Shown one piece after another: positions 40,091-53,680 of a stretch of 64,000 bases of DNA; the first letter of the stretch is position 1; each line of letters opens with the position of its first letter. Origin of the DNA: Octopus vulgaris (Eukaryota); NCBI GenBank assembly GCA_951406725.2, contig OX597815.1, positions 93,062,001 through 93,126,000 on the forward strand, written 5' to 3'. The notes below the pieces were generated by a model. The model was not told where the DNA came from, made no database searches, and saw nothing but the letters and a program-made list of their open reading frames with translations. A program made the position numbers and the translations under genes.

Positions 40091-43000
40091 AATCAGACAC
40101 AAAAATAGAATACTTAAAAAAAAAGAAAGAATACATAATGAAACTACAAACAGTGAGCAAAAGACAAATGCTGAAACTAAAAACATAAAAGCCATATACA
40201 TTGAGAACATAAAATAAACAAAGATAGACCTAACATAGACAAAACAAACAAAAGAAACAACAAAACAAAATCGAACACCATAATACCTACACAAAATAGT
40301 GGTCAACAAAAGCTAGGTCTAAACTAATATGGAAAATTAGCACAGCCCCTAGGAGAATGAAATTATAGTTATATGCTGTAAATTTTGATATTTGTTGGTG
40401 TGGGTGGTTGGTGTGGGTGGTTCTGATATTCAGCTGGAACTTTCTGGAAACACAAACATATGGAGGGGAGGGGTATCAAAAGACTACTTTGAAAGAGGTT
40501 GTGAAACAAAGTTGATAAAAGAAAAAAAAAAAAATTAAGACATTCCAGCACCGGAAGTGACCAAATTGCTCGCCCTAAACTGGGCATGCTGTCACTGCTT
40601 GCCCTAATTCACTAGGTTCTCTCCTTTAATGTTTCATTTACTATTTCATTAGAAGAACACAGTTTTCTTCATCTGGAAATGCTTGCATATTATAAAAATT
40701 GAAGTATGCAGTCAAAATCAATATCATCATGATCATCATCATCATTACAGTTGTTCATCCCTAATATACGTCACATTAATTAGTCACTCAGAACGATATA
40801 TTTAACATCTAAAAGATATATAACTGCAATAACTAAAAGATCTATTGATAGTATAATGAAGACAGGGGTTCTACGACTTCCATTTCACCTAGTGAAATGA
40901 AACAAAGAAATGACCATTTCTTAAAAATATAAAACAGTATGTGTGTGTATATCTATATGTATCTCTCTGTATGTGTATGTGTGTATATATAAAATACACA
41001 CACTGGAAATAATTATTTTACGATAATATAATATATTATCTTCTTAAAGAAACTGGGTTGTAAACATGCTATTATTATTGCTGTTTGTTGTTGCAACATA
41101 CCAAAATATAAGAAGTATCTTTTATGAGAAAGATATTTATTTCCGCAATCAAAATATGTCAGGTCATCTAGCTTTGATTCAGGAATGTTAAAAAGATCTA
41201 GCTAAGAGGATAATGAGAAAATATATCTGTTGCTACTACTTTCTTACTGTATGCTATAATGCTGTGTGTGTGCATAGTAATTTATTTCTAAAGAATGAAG
41301 ATATCAAAAAGAAAGCAAGAAACAAAAGATGTCCTTCCCCACTCCCACTCCACATAGACCACTTTAGACAAATCACTAAATGTCTAACTGCTAAACAAAC
41401 AATTGTAGTAATACTAAATGTATACGCTGACATTTCTGTAGACACAGCATTGTACTAACACATTCCGAGGTTGCGAGAACAAAGCAATGCATATAATAAA
41501 GTGTGCATCAATAGATTCTTCTAGCAGATGCAACCTAAAATCTAGAAATAGAATCATTAGAAGACCTAATATCTCATGGCATCTTTGGTGTTTAGGTTTC
41601 AGAGGATAACACCATAAAAAATATTACAATTATTGCTATGTGTGAGTGTGTGTGTGCCTGAGAGAGAGAGGGAGAGAGAGAGTGGGGGGTGAGAGTATTA
41701 ACTATTATCAAGGGATTGTACAGGAAAATCAAAAGTTACACAGTGAAATAGTTTACAAACATCGAAGAGAAACATTTCATAAATAGTAGTATATATATAT
41801 ATATACACTTGTGTGTGTACATATATATATACACACACACACATATATATATATATGTATATATATATAAAATATATATGTATATATTCAAGTTTTTGAA
41901 CCCAGATGTTAACAAAAAAGGAAAAGGGGGTGGGGTGAAGACAAAAATAAAGGAGAAATTGCTAGATGTATTTTCACATGTATGCCGATTCAATTAAAGA
42001 TAAATTGTTAAAGACAGGATTAATTTCCAATATTGCGCTCATTGCTTAGAGAATTTTTATCTTCAGAACAGAGATCATATTTACAAAAAAAAGCCTCCCA
42101 AAATTTGGTGACCTTTCATAGAATAAGTATAAATAATGAAGTTTGTGTTGATGACATTTTTGTTTTCTTTTTGGCTTAAGTATTTTTCAAAAAAGATTTT
42201 CTTTGTCCAAAAGAAGAAAATAAAAAAAATAATAAAATAAAAAAAAACTGCATATAGAAGATTAAAAAAGAATGCTGTTACTATTAAAACATTCAGGAAT
42301 ACGAGTTAACAAAAGTCTTAGTTAAAATGAATGTTTGTTTTATTAGATGACTAGATTTCACTGAAATAATAGTAGCTGAAATGAATAGTTTAACATTAGA
42401 CAGATGTAAATGAAATAAATATACAAGTTTTGAGCTTTTGATTTTTAAAAGAGATGATCAAGAACAGAAAAAAAAATTACTAACTTTTCTTTTTAAAAAT
42501 AAATTTAAATAGATAAAAAAAAATTAGTTGCCAAAAAAGAAAAAAAAACAAATTAATGGAAAAATAAAATTTAAAGATGAAGAGAACCAGCTCTAATTGA
42601 GCAAATTTTCAAAGGAAATTCATCTGTTTTTGTTGTTGTTTTTTTTATATATAATTCAAACAAATAGAAGATTCCAGAGCAATGTTAATTTAGTTTCAAT
42701 GATATTTTGCAACTAAATTTTAATATTTTCTTGAAAATTTTCCAAGAAACAAGGATTTTTCTTATAATAATATTTTTCTGTAGTTTGATTTGAGTAAGAG
42801 GCAGGTAGAACTAAAGCCAATCCTGGATGTAGTAATATTGCCTTGGACACCACCATCATTGCTGTTGCCGTTGTCATCATCATCAGTAGTAGCAGTGAAA
42901 GTGTCAACATAAACAAAACAGAAGAGATAACAGAACAACTACCAAAAGTCATCAGTGTGACCAGCTCCAAGAGAACTTACTGGAGGGAAGTAGTTAAACT

Positions 43001-43392
43001 GCTGCAGTATTAACTCCATAACCCAACTGACTTTGGACAATGCACATATGTAGTTCGTGCCAGTTGAGACTAAAGTTAGTCATTCAGGATTAAAACTATG
43101 TGAAGTTGATGAAATCCTGATGGTTTTCTTCGCTTTGTGTATATGTAAATATGTATGCATGTGAGTGTGTGTGTGTGTGTATGTGTATGCATGCATGTGT
43201 TTTTTTAATCAAGTTTCTTTTTGTTATTTCTTTCTTTCTTTCGTTTTTAAAGGAAGAATAACAACTGTAGCCTGGTCTATCCAAAATTATAGGCAAAGTA
43301 GATAAATTGGCCTGTAATCCAAGAGATAGCTACAGTCTGGTGAGGTATGGCTACTGTATGAACTGTGTTACACATCCGGAAAGGCAAAGTAC

Positions 43393-43442
43393 TTACAGCT
43401 CTTTTGTCCGTTCTTTCTGATAGGCAATTGGTGATTGAAGAG
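43393..43442 (-). CDS. trio: Trio-like RhoGEF exon K (ALQSPIAYQKERTKEL*), Galpha-q-binding extension; stop codon overlaps a GTAAGT donor
   Basis: ttgttacag acceptor, phase 1 compatible with exon J. ALQSPIxYQ matches the p63RhoGEF/Trio PH extension. Sequence ends CT|GTAAGT, which reads CTG TAA if unspliced. Confidence 0.92.
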
Positions 43443-43659
43443 CTGTAACAACAATAATAACAAGAATTTAATGATTTTTCTCATTACAAACACAGCAGAA
43501 ACAAAACAAGACAAACACTGTTGAATTAGTAAGAACAATGTTAATGATATTGCCAGAAAGTACTTAATTTGAGCTGTATCCAGTTGATATGAATTTGAAA
43601 CAAGTTTACTTGAGACTTAAACCAAATGATCAGCAATATTTTTTGAAAATAACTGGAGC

Positions 43660-45570
43660 CAAGTAAGACCTACTGAGGGACCAGCTATTGATGTTGATAA
43701 CTATACAGTCAAAAGAATAATTAAGCATATGAAGGCAGGAAAAACAGCAGGACCATCAATGATAGCTACTGAGAGGCTAAAATACTCAGCTAAGTAAGAA
43801 ATGCACTTATCATTCACATAGCCAATGAGGTAATAGATGGAGGTATCATACTCAATGACTGGCATAGTAGCATCAATATCAACTGCTAGAAAGGCACTGG
43901 AGATGCTCTAGAAAGAAAGCGCAGAAGCATCAATCTGATGGACTACATTGCAACAGTAAGAGAAAGAGTTATAACATAATTAATTAGGAAGAGTATTAGC
44001 TTAACCAATGCCATCTTCAATACAAGGCCACCACAGGGATTTTTTTCAGTTAAGAAGAATAAGTCACAGTAGCTAGCATTTGTTGGTTAAGAGAAACCTC
44101 TTAACAGGATACCACATTTTATAGTCTAGTAGTTGCAAAAAAATAAAACCAAAAGAAAAACTAGCTTTAGATGAATGGCTTATGAGTACCATGCACGCTG
44201 CATATAGAGATGTTGTGAATAAGGTGACAGTCAGCATTAAGATCAGGGAGAAATTTAGTGTGTAGGTGTCATATAAAAAGCATCCAGCTGTAAAAACCAT
44301 ACCAAAACAGGCCTTTCTGGTGCTGGTGTCATGTAAAAAGCACTCAGTTCACTCTGTAAGATAGTTGGTGATAGGAAAAGTATCATGCTGTAAAAACCAT
44401 GCTAAAACAGACAGTAAAGCCTGGTGCAGTCTTCTGGTTTGCCAGCTCCTGTCAAACCATCCAACCCATGCCAGCATGGAAAATGGATGTTAAATGCTGA
44501 TGATGATGATGTACATATCTATCAAGGCTCGGTTTTCAACAGTTTCCTATTTATTATAATTCTTTAAACTATAAAGGAAGAATGTAAAATCAGTTGTTTG
44601 TAGGAAGTCCTGTCTACTGGTGAGCTAAAGATGATTCTGTCAATGAATTAAAGAAGAAATTCTAACTGTGGAAATCAAACCTATGACAAAGAGGTCTCTA
44701 AGTAATCATAGCAAAGACAGATGTTTTAGCTAGTAGAATAGAAGACAGAACTCTACTGCCAATAGAGTGTGGTTATTTTCAATAAGCAGAAAAGGTAGAT
44801 AGGTACTCTTTTACTAAATGTATATTATGGATGTGCAAGAGATGCAGTGAGATCACAGGTAGATTGGCAGAGGAGAAACAATTCATATGTAGCAGATGCA
44901 TAAGAGTAGTTAGTTGTAAGAACAACCATGAAATGAACTCCTTCAAATGCTTAGAACACACTCTGGAAGTTGTTGATTGTTTTTGTTACCTAGGTGACCA
45001 AATTAGCAGTGGAGAGGGTGTTCCAAAACATAGTAGCCAAAGTAAGAATAGAGTAGAAAAAGTACAAAGAATTATTGCTTCAGCTGGCAACAAAGGGATT
45101 TGCTTAGCAACAGGTAAACTTGTATGATACTCATGATTGATGTGCAATGTCAAATGAGAGTGAAATGTGTACTGAATGCAGAGGATGTGCAAATGCTGGA
45201 AAGAAATGAAGCAAGCATGCTTCACTGGATGTATAAATATTAGTGTGCAAAAACAACAGAGTACAAATGAACTAAGAGAAACTTTGGGCATGAGAGGAAT
45301 AAAATGTCATGTGCAAGAAAGGAAAATGTGCAGGTGCAGGCATGTGATGTATATGGAAGGTAACAGTTGGGTAAAGAAATGCCAAACAATTTAAATGGAA
45401 GAATCTCATGGAAGAGGAAGGATGAGAAAGACAAAGGGAAGTGTAGTGAAAGGTGAACCTCAAAAATGAGATGATAAAGGATCACAACAAATTATGCAAA
45501 ACTGTGTTATAGAAGACCCATCTAACCCTTGCAAGTGAAGAAAAGTAGAAGTGATGATCATGATGATAGA
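43660..45570 (+). mobile_element. Decayed RTE-clade LINE (RT and 3' end), interrupted by a family D SINE
   Basis: Remnant peptides MKAGKTAGPS, NDWHSSI.INC*KGTGDALER and FCYLGDQISSG. Tail CCCTTGCAAG...(TGA)n. Many stops and frameshifts. Confidence 0.8.
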
Positions 45571-47033
45571 TACACACAAAAAAAGCTGATCAAAGATTAT
45601 ACATGATATAATCAAGCTAATATGGACAGAAAAAGGTGACCAGTTTATTTAAGTAATTATCATAGCCTCATGGTAACAATAAAAAATTATACATAGATCT
45701 AGTAGGATATCATTATATTTAAATGCCACTTTAACATTTATGACAAAAACTAAACAAAATCCCATAAAAGAAATTATTTGCAGATTTATTTTAAAATAAT
45801 TTTGGCATTATAATTTCCAGAGAAAGAACTTATGTGTGCAACAACAGGTGCATTGGGATTTCAACCCAGCTGGACCTGATGAGTGCCTTGTGCTGTTAGT
45901 CCAAGCTTTTTTCTAGAGGCTAACTATCCCTAGATTGAAGTCATGTTTTCTCTTTCACTGGGAATTAGAACTCCAAAATTGTTTTAGAGCATGTCTAGAA
46001 ACATATTCTTAAACAGAGACAATATATAACTCATACAATAGTTACATCGGCCTAAAAATAATAAGCAAAAATAAATTGAAGGACACCAACCAACACAAGA
46101 CAAACACTACTCTCTACTGATTTATGGAAATACTAGAGATTAGTTGAAAATAAAACTATGACACAATTACATCATCTGTGTCAATGAACAAAAGTGAACA
46201 AAACTACACAAATAAGAGTGAACAATGTTAAGTAAACAAGTGAACAATATCAAGAAAACAGTAGTTGTCATGTCATTCTTAAACATAAAGTAAGTCTATT
46301 GTTTTTCCCAATAGCAATTTTCAGAAAGACTTCAAATTTCTTACATTGACACAAGGCCTTACAGTTATAAGGGATGAAATATTCATGCCTTTCCCAATAT
46401 TATAATTAATATATTGAAGGGAAATGGCAACAACTAAGAATCAAATTTGCTGAGGACTCTCAGCAAAGTTCTTTTAAAATTTTTTTCATAGAATAAGACA
46501 TTTTAAAGGTAGGAAAATAAAAAGAAAATTACAAAAAGAGACTTGCTCAAATGAGCCAAATAAAATGAACTTCCTCAGTAAAATACAGCAATAGTATGAA
46601 GTCAAAAAGAAAAAAAAAAAAAAGCAAGGCACATCTCTTTGGGGTTTCAAAATCTCTATTTTGTTCAGTACTTAGCAACTTTAATCTATTTAGAACATAA
46701 AAAAAAACAGAACACAATAAAAAAATCCAACATAAGGGAAAACTCCTGGAAATTCCATTCTCTAATAGAGGTACAGAAACATACAATACGTGTGCAAAAT
46801 AAGACAATTATTGCAACCTTTGTAACACTTGACTTCATCATACAAGACTGGACACAAATATTTATGACCTCTAACTAGAGTCAAACAATACAATTTGGTT
46901 TCAAATAAAATTGTGCAATATCCACAAAATAAAAGGTGCTTGTTCTGATATCAAAATAGGGAAGGTGTGTGACAAATGTTCACATGTGGACATTGGGCAG
47001 TGCTTTTATTACCCAGATTAGTTATTTGAACGG

Positions 47034-47089
47034 TCAGCCGGATGGTGTGAGTTTGATGTTGGCACCAGAGTGAGAGACCATGACTTGTT
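47034..47089 (-). CDS. Candidate alternative last exon after exon J (EQVMVSHSGANIKLTPSG*)
   Basis: Strong acceptor ctctctttcttcag, open in phase 1 to TGA, GC-richer than flanks, AATAAA at 47005-47010 downstream. Confidence 0.5.
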
Positions 47090-48109
47090 CTGAAGAAAGA
47101 GAGTCTATAAAAAATAAACTGACCCAGCTATGTACTTCAATAATTTTGATTTTATGAAGGATATAAAAATAATAATAATAAAAAATATGGCTTATGTACA
47201 CATAAGAGATGAATATCACCAATTGCAGTCCAAATAATCATCAGAAAATATTTGATAATGCCAACCATATTTCAATGAACTTGGAAGAAGCACACACACG
47301 CACACACACACACACACATACACATGCACAATGTTTGCTATAATGTATATGATGTAGGAAATTAAAATAATTTGAATAATTCAAAATTTGAATATTTTAT
47401 AAACAATAAGAGAGCAGTCTTCAGAGTTAATGGCTTTTTGCTGCTAAAAAGATTTTTTTCAATGAATAGATCCATCGAATCTTACTAAAGATAAATTATT
47501 GAAACATTGAACACGAAATATAGAAAAATGAGATATGAGGTTCTTTCAGTAAAATTTTGATATTTATAGTACTAATAATAGTTTCAAATTCTAGCACAAG
47601 GCCAGCAATTTCGGGGTAGGAGCTAAGTCAATTACAACAACCCCAGTTGTTGTAATACTTATTTTACTGATCCCCCCAACTTCACCCCAATAGGATGAAA
47701 GGCAAAGTTGACCTGGCTAAATTTGAACTCTGTGTGTAGAGACAAACAAAATGCCATGAAGTATTTTGCCTTGTGTGCTAATGATTCTGTTAGCTCACTG
47801 CCTTTATAGTACTAATATTAGTATATGTTACTTCAATATGGAACACATCCAAATATAGAATTTACTAACTTAATCTTGAATGTTAATTAATTTCTTTACA
47901 ACATGTAAAGAAATTAGGCAACAGAATAAAAAATATATATAACAAAAAGCACAATGTGGATGATACATATACTCTCCTGTGTTCATTTATCTATCAGCAT
48001 AAATTTGATATGCTTACAGGAAGTAACCAATATCTATGGGAAGTTAGATTATTGTTGGGGATAAATACAAGTCTGAAAGTTGTAAATCAGCAAACTGTAT
48101 GATACATAC

Positions 48110-48287
48110 CTCGTAGGAAATCGCCCTGCATATCTAATATAGAACGGATTTGAGCAATCCACTCATCTCTGATTTCTTCTGTAGGTGCTTGAATAATATA
48201 TTTCATATTACTATCAGGTGTTCTATCGATAAGAATAAATTTTAAATCATCTCCTTCTGCATTTTCATTCATAGACATTTTATTAAC
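48110..48287 (-). CDS. trio: Trio-like RhoGEF exon J, PH2 C-terminal half (VNKMSMNEN...EWIAQIRSILDMQGDFLR)
   Basis: tttccag acceptor, GTATGT donor, 178 nt (phase 0 to 1). PH terminal helix with conserved Trp. Confidence 0.95.
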
Positions 48288-50546
48288 CTGGAAATACATA
48301 AAATAATTTGGATAAATTATTACTGTAAATAACATAACAATCATCTCTAACATAAGCACAAGGTCAGAAATGTGAGAGGAGGGGTTAGTGTTTAAAGTGA
48401 CCTCAGTACTTGACTGATACTTTATTTTAGTGATTCCTGAAGGATGAAAAACAAAATCGAAGGTACACGGTTATGGATTTCAAGGACGGCTATGGTTGAT
48501 TATATCAAGCTTAATACTTGACTGATAAATATTTTAATGACCCTGAAAGTTAAAAGGCAAAACTGACTTTGGTATGGTTTGAATTCAGAATGTAAATACA
48601 TCAAACTAAATACTGCTCTGTTGATTCTGATAACCTACCCACTGTAAATAGGAATTTCTTTATGATTGAGCTAAAAGTAACAAAATAAGGGGACAGTACA
48701 GGGATGGATTATAAAATTAGTTGGGTTTATACTGGGACTATATGAAATGAAGTGGTGGTATACACAGTATACAAAATATAGCAATGTCCCATTAGGAAGA
48801 CAGCCACTTGAGAATCAATCAAAGACTTCCACAAATCCAAGATTACTTTGACTACAAAAGGAAAATGCTCTTTCTTGTTGGCCTGTGCTTGCCGTTCTCA
48901 CCTATCTTTCAAGAAATTTACTACAGGGTAGCACTTTCCACTCAAAGTGCAATTTAAAAACATCAATTAGCTGAAGAGGAAAGCATTTGTTTTCACAATT
49001 TACTGTAATGTCCACCAAACAAAGGAAAACTTGCTGACCAAATGAAGACTAAATGTTGGTTGATAGCCAGCTCTGCCCAACAACATGACAACAGCTGTTT
49101 GACATAAATGAATGTAATGTCCCAAACAACTTGTTTTGTTTGGTGGCAAAAGGACAGTGGTTTGAGAGATATTGCTGCACACTAGCTTCATAGTGTAAAA
49201 TAGATGAGATACATTTCCCTCTGGCTAAAGTGTTAAACTATCACAGCTAACCTGATTGCTATCCCTACCAACAGTTAAGGTGGACTGAAGGAAGTGTTCT
49301 GTTTAGAAACAGTGGAGCACCAGTAGGTAGTTCAATATTTTATCTGCCCAACCATTGCTATCAATAATGATTCATGGGAAATTATTGTATTATTACTTTA
49401 GCCAGTCTGAGTGTGCATGTGCGTGCAAGTGTTAGTAAACAAAAATCATCACTAACATATAGATGCTTTCATGTGGCAAACTGGTCACCACAATTTCATA
49501 ACCATAGAAATATTCAAAGAAATGCAACCACAGTATTACAGAAAATAATACAGTCATGTGTACAAAAAATGAGTGACTAATTGTCTTCAGTAAAACCACC
49601 ACATACATTACACTGAGAGGAAACTAATGTACTTCAGTCATACTGATAGGTATGTGACACAGCAAATAGAAAGCCAGGAATGACTAATCTACAATAATAC
49701 AACCACACGTGTAACATAGTAATAGAAAATAAAGAGTAACTAATCAACTCTAAGAGTATAACTATTGAATGAGTGTATAATCAGTTGGATGGATGGGTGC
49801 ATAATTATCAAATGGATATATAACTATTATAGATACTAAGTTTTCTGCAAAAAGAGTTAAATGTGCTGTCTCTGTTAGCTCATTTACCCAGTTTGTTAGT
49901 CATACATAGTGTTTATTAATTTCTCTATTTGTTAATTACACCAGATGTGCACCAAACAAATGGTGCCATGTTCCCTACTTTAAAATGTCACACTTCAAGT
50001 ACCATCTCAGTTAATGTCAGATGAAAAGAGCAGCTTTGTAAATTTTACATGTTGTTGGTGCTTTGTGTGTGTGTCTAAGAGTGAGAGAAGGGGGGAAGGA
50101 GGGAGACAGAGAGAGGGGGAAGGAGCAGTAAGGAGAGCGAAAGAAACAGTTGGAAAAGAGAGAGAGCAGAGACTAGTTATATGATTAGGAACTAAGGTCT
50201 TAATCACCACAATGATACACAGATATAGTTCTGTCATGTAAACATTAGCTATGATAAAGAGTGGCTGTTACTTCTAGTTAAATATCTGGAATATAGTCAT
50301 TTCTTGATCTGCTAGAAGTAGCAGTTAAATCTCCCTTAAATTGTATCCTACTGCCTTAAAAAAAGAGACACATTGGTTAATGTAGTTCCAGATAAACTGT
50401 CAGATTAATGGATGGGATGGTCATGGTTGGAATACCTTTAGTCATAGATCTGTTTGATCAATGCCGAACTTGGACTTCAACAAATGTTAAAAAAAGTAAA
50501 AGAAAGGGTGACAACACAGGTAGAATAATAACTGATATAACCTTAC

Positions 50547-50708
50547 CGTTACACTGTTTTTATAAATATAATTGGCATCAGAAAAACTGCCCCTTTTCTT
50601 GTCCTCAATCACTTCACTAAAAATTATGATCTGTTCAAAAAGAAACACTCGTCTTTCTCTAAATTTGGAGTGACTACCTTCTGTGACTTCACCAACCAGC
50701 AGGGTTTC
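50547..50708 (-). CDS. trio: Trio-like RhoGEF exon I, PH2 (ETLLVGEVTEGSHSKFRERRVFLFEQIIIFSEVIEDKKRGSFSDANYIYKNSVT)
   Basis: ttcacag acceptor, GTAAGG donor, 162 nt. ERRVFLFEQxxIFSE and YIYKNS motifs. Confidence 0.96.
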
Positions 50709-51888
50709 CTGTGAACAGACAAATAGAACAAACTTAAGTAATACTGAACAAAGGTAGTCATCTATTTAATCAGTAAAGAAATGGAAAGATAAGTGAATTA
50801 ATGAACAAATGTATGAATTAATAAGGAAATTATGTAAAGTTAACACGGTCCAGTCAAGAAATAATTTAAGACATGATGACCAATAATATCTGAACTTTTG
50901 AGGTGAGTCTGTCAAGCTATATATTCTCTGGTTGAAACATAATGAATTAGTTGCATTGCAAATAATGAAATTAGTACTAAGGAGAATATCCAAGGTATGA
51001 ACAATGGAATGTGAATAATCTACTGCTTTGGATTTGAAAGAATTCAGTTCCAAATTCTGTGAGGATTTTCAAAAGCAACAAGCACTTGAAGAAGGTCAAA
51101 GGTGACAACAGCTGAAAGGTTGTGACTATTACAACCAAGTTGAGGACACTAGTCCAAATATATCAGTGTATGATAAGAGCAAAGAAAATGGATATACTCA
51201 AAATCAGTTTATAACATTATTTCGTGAAAGAAGTTTAAGAAATAAATTATAAATATATTTAAAAAGTTAACTAGCTGTGACAATGTAATTAGATAATCAT
51301 TGATACATAAAATGTAAGGGAACATAATTTGTTGTCTACTCCATTTTGCAAAGTCATTATATCATTTTGATGCTCACTACTATTTATTAACAAGTCAACA
51401 ACAGTGCCTTTGTGTAGTTGCTCAACCTGCTAGAAACAGCAGCCAAATCCACCCCACATCCTCATAATTTTCCATATTAAAAATAGGAAATGCTGAATAA
51501 TGTAATTTTTGGTGCATTGTGCCTGGGGAAAAGATGGGATGGTCACTGTTTGGGGTGTTTTTGATCAAATTCAGCTTTAACAGTGGTAAAATGGGATGAA
51601 CAATAACTATTTATCAACAGGACAAACCACTTCAACTAACTGTAAATGAACACCATGAAGAGATACAGTTCCCTTTTTATTAGTAATTTGCTGTTTGCAA
51701 TACTCAGATCAAAAACTTCCTCTGCAGAAATTCTTCAATGAAGTAACAATTTATCCAGAGGAAGAAATCACTTTGAATGAATGCTACAAAATTGGCAATA
51801 ATCTGCAGTAAATTCTAACATCTGGCAACAAAAGAAATGGACAAAGAATAAAGAAAGGAACAGAAAAGTGAGAAAAAAAAACACTCAC

Positions 51889-51924
51889 CTGAAGTAATAA
51901 CTTTCCTTGTGCAGTTAATTTACC
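51889..51924 (-). CDS. trio: Trio-like RhoGEF exon H, 36-nt mini-exon at PH2 start (GKLTAQGKLLLQ)
   Basis: atacag acceptor, GTGAGT donor, in frame. GKxxAQGKLLxQ motif. Confidence 0.93.
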
Positions 51925-52491
51925 CTGTATCAAAGACAAGAGCATAGTATATTTAGGTTTATTAATTATGCCTAACTATCTCAAACTATCACATCATCTC
52001 ATTAACAACAGTTTACTGATTTTTTTTTTACTGTTTTATAAACATTTTAATAGGTTGCTATAGCTAATTTGATGGAACAATTGTTTTAAATGCTAGATGG
52101 ATGCTATTTCTACTGATAGTCAAATGAGAAGTAAGAGAAGAACCTGATCTATTTTATGTAAGCAAACTGGAGCAAACAGACTTAGAGAGTGTCTTGATAG
52201 GGATGCATTAAATTGATAGCAATAAGATTTGAAATTATGACCAGGTGTCAGTAGTTCAGCACCACAACATTTCATCAACTGTGCCTTTACTGATGGGAGA
52301 AAAAATTCCTATGAAAGCTTTCTTACTTTCCATCATCCACGAATTTATAGAAAGAATTAATATGAAATAATTAGGAGGAGAATAAAGAAATCTTTCAGGT
52401 TTTGAGATAAATTCCACTCCTGTGAAAAGTTGCTTCAATCATTGGAAAGATAAAAACAGTAAATATTAAAGTGATGAAGACAGAAACTTAC

Positions 52492-52620
52492 ATCAAACCC
52501 TTGTAGGCGGCCAACCTGCATCATATCATTTGCAGCTTTTGGTACAACACACATCACAGTCACAGCCTTCTGTATGTCAGCAGTATCCAAACCAGCTTTC
52601 TGAGTATGTGTTAAAATATC
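52492..52620 (-). CDS. trio: Trio-like RhoGEF exon G, DH alpha6 (DILTHTQKAGLDTADIQKAVTVMCVVPKAANDMMQVGRLQGFD)
   Basis: tttccaacag acceptor, GTAAGT donor, 129 nt. VMCxVPKxxNDMMxVGRLQGF motif. Confidence 0.97.
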
Positions 52621-52953
52621 CTGTTGGAAAGAAATTTTGTAGAATAATTTTACATTCAATGAAGATTCCCCACAAAACAAGACAGAGTTATCTTTACCAG
52701 ATTCCCGAAAAAGAATTTAAAAAATGAAGCCAGTTATCAATGATTAAAACTGGATAAAGGTTCTAGAAAATCTAGTTATATCAATATGTTATCTTGTTTA
52801 ACATAGTCCCTTTAATTGAATCACTTTTCTCCATTAACTTAACACAATAAACAAATTAGACAATATTATATCTTCTATCAAAAATTTGTGAAATATTTAA
52901 CAGATCTTTACAGATTATAAAACAATGAAATTCAGAAGATATTTTCAACAAAC

Positions 52954-53046
52954 CTTTAATAAAAGCTGATATTTCATAATTCTTTGAACAGGTTTGATAA
53001 GCAGGTCTTGAAGCTGAAGTCGATGACCTAATTTTTGTCTGATGTC
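52954..53046 (-). CDS. trio: Trio-like RhoGEF exon F ([31 protein letters not shown])
   Basis: ctttag acceptor, GTTTGT donor, 93 nt. [16 protein letters not shown] is the DH conserved region 3. Confidence 0.97.
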
Positions 53047-53680
53047 CTAAAAGTATTGAAAAGAATTGGTCAATTATCACAAAAATAGAAATTAGTCAAA
53101 CTGGAAAATTCAGTTTATAAATAGAAAATTATTATTTCTAGACCTTTGAACAAGAGACATTCAGTAACAGTACTCTAGAGTAAAGATTTGTGCATCGTAT
53201 AGCCAGCTGGAGATGATTTTCCTGGGACTAAATAACAGTAACAATCATCTGGCAAATAATCTTTACTCAGTTTATTAAGTTACACAAAATTCATCTTCAC
53301 TATTAAAACCCTTTTTAGTACAGGATAACTGATACTGCCTTTGTTTCTATGATACAAACTCTTGTTTTAATGCAATAAAATTTAAGAGAATATTTAATAC
53401 TTTTTGCTCATCTTCCTTCTTTACACTGTTTTTATATCTTACTTTCATATACAGTCACACAGATACACACTCTCTTTCCTCAAAACACACTGTCGTGGCA
53501 AAGTGCTATCTATGATCAATAATTATTTTATGTACAGAAGTGGACAAAATGATTTCCCCCTTTCCTGCCTTCTTCTCCACCAAATTATAATCACAGTTAA
53601 CAAATAATCTTAATGTCAATAATAATAATATGTTGTTACTATAATAATATAATAAAGTGAAAATATGAAAAAATTTTTAC

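Noticed and set aside
42713-42970. 85-aa hydrophobic ORF after the stop codon
   Set aside because: The hydrophobic run comes from simple trinucleotide repeats and shows no recognisable homology; probably UTR.
45868-45908. Hairpin containing CTGATGA
   Set aside because: No GAAA box and no C/D box partner, so it is too weak to call an ncRNA.
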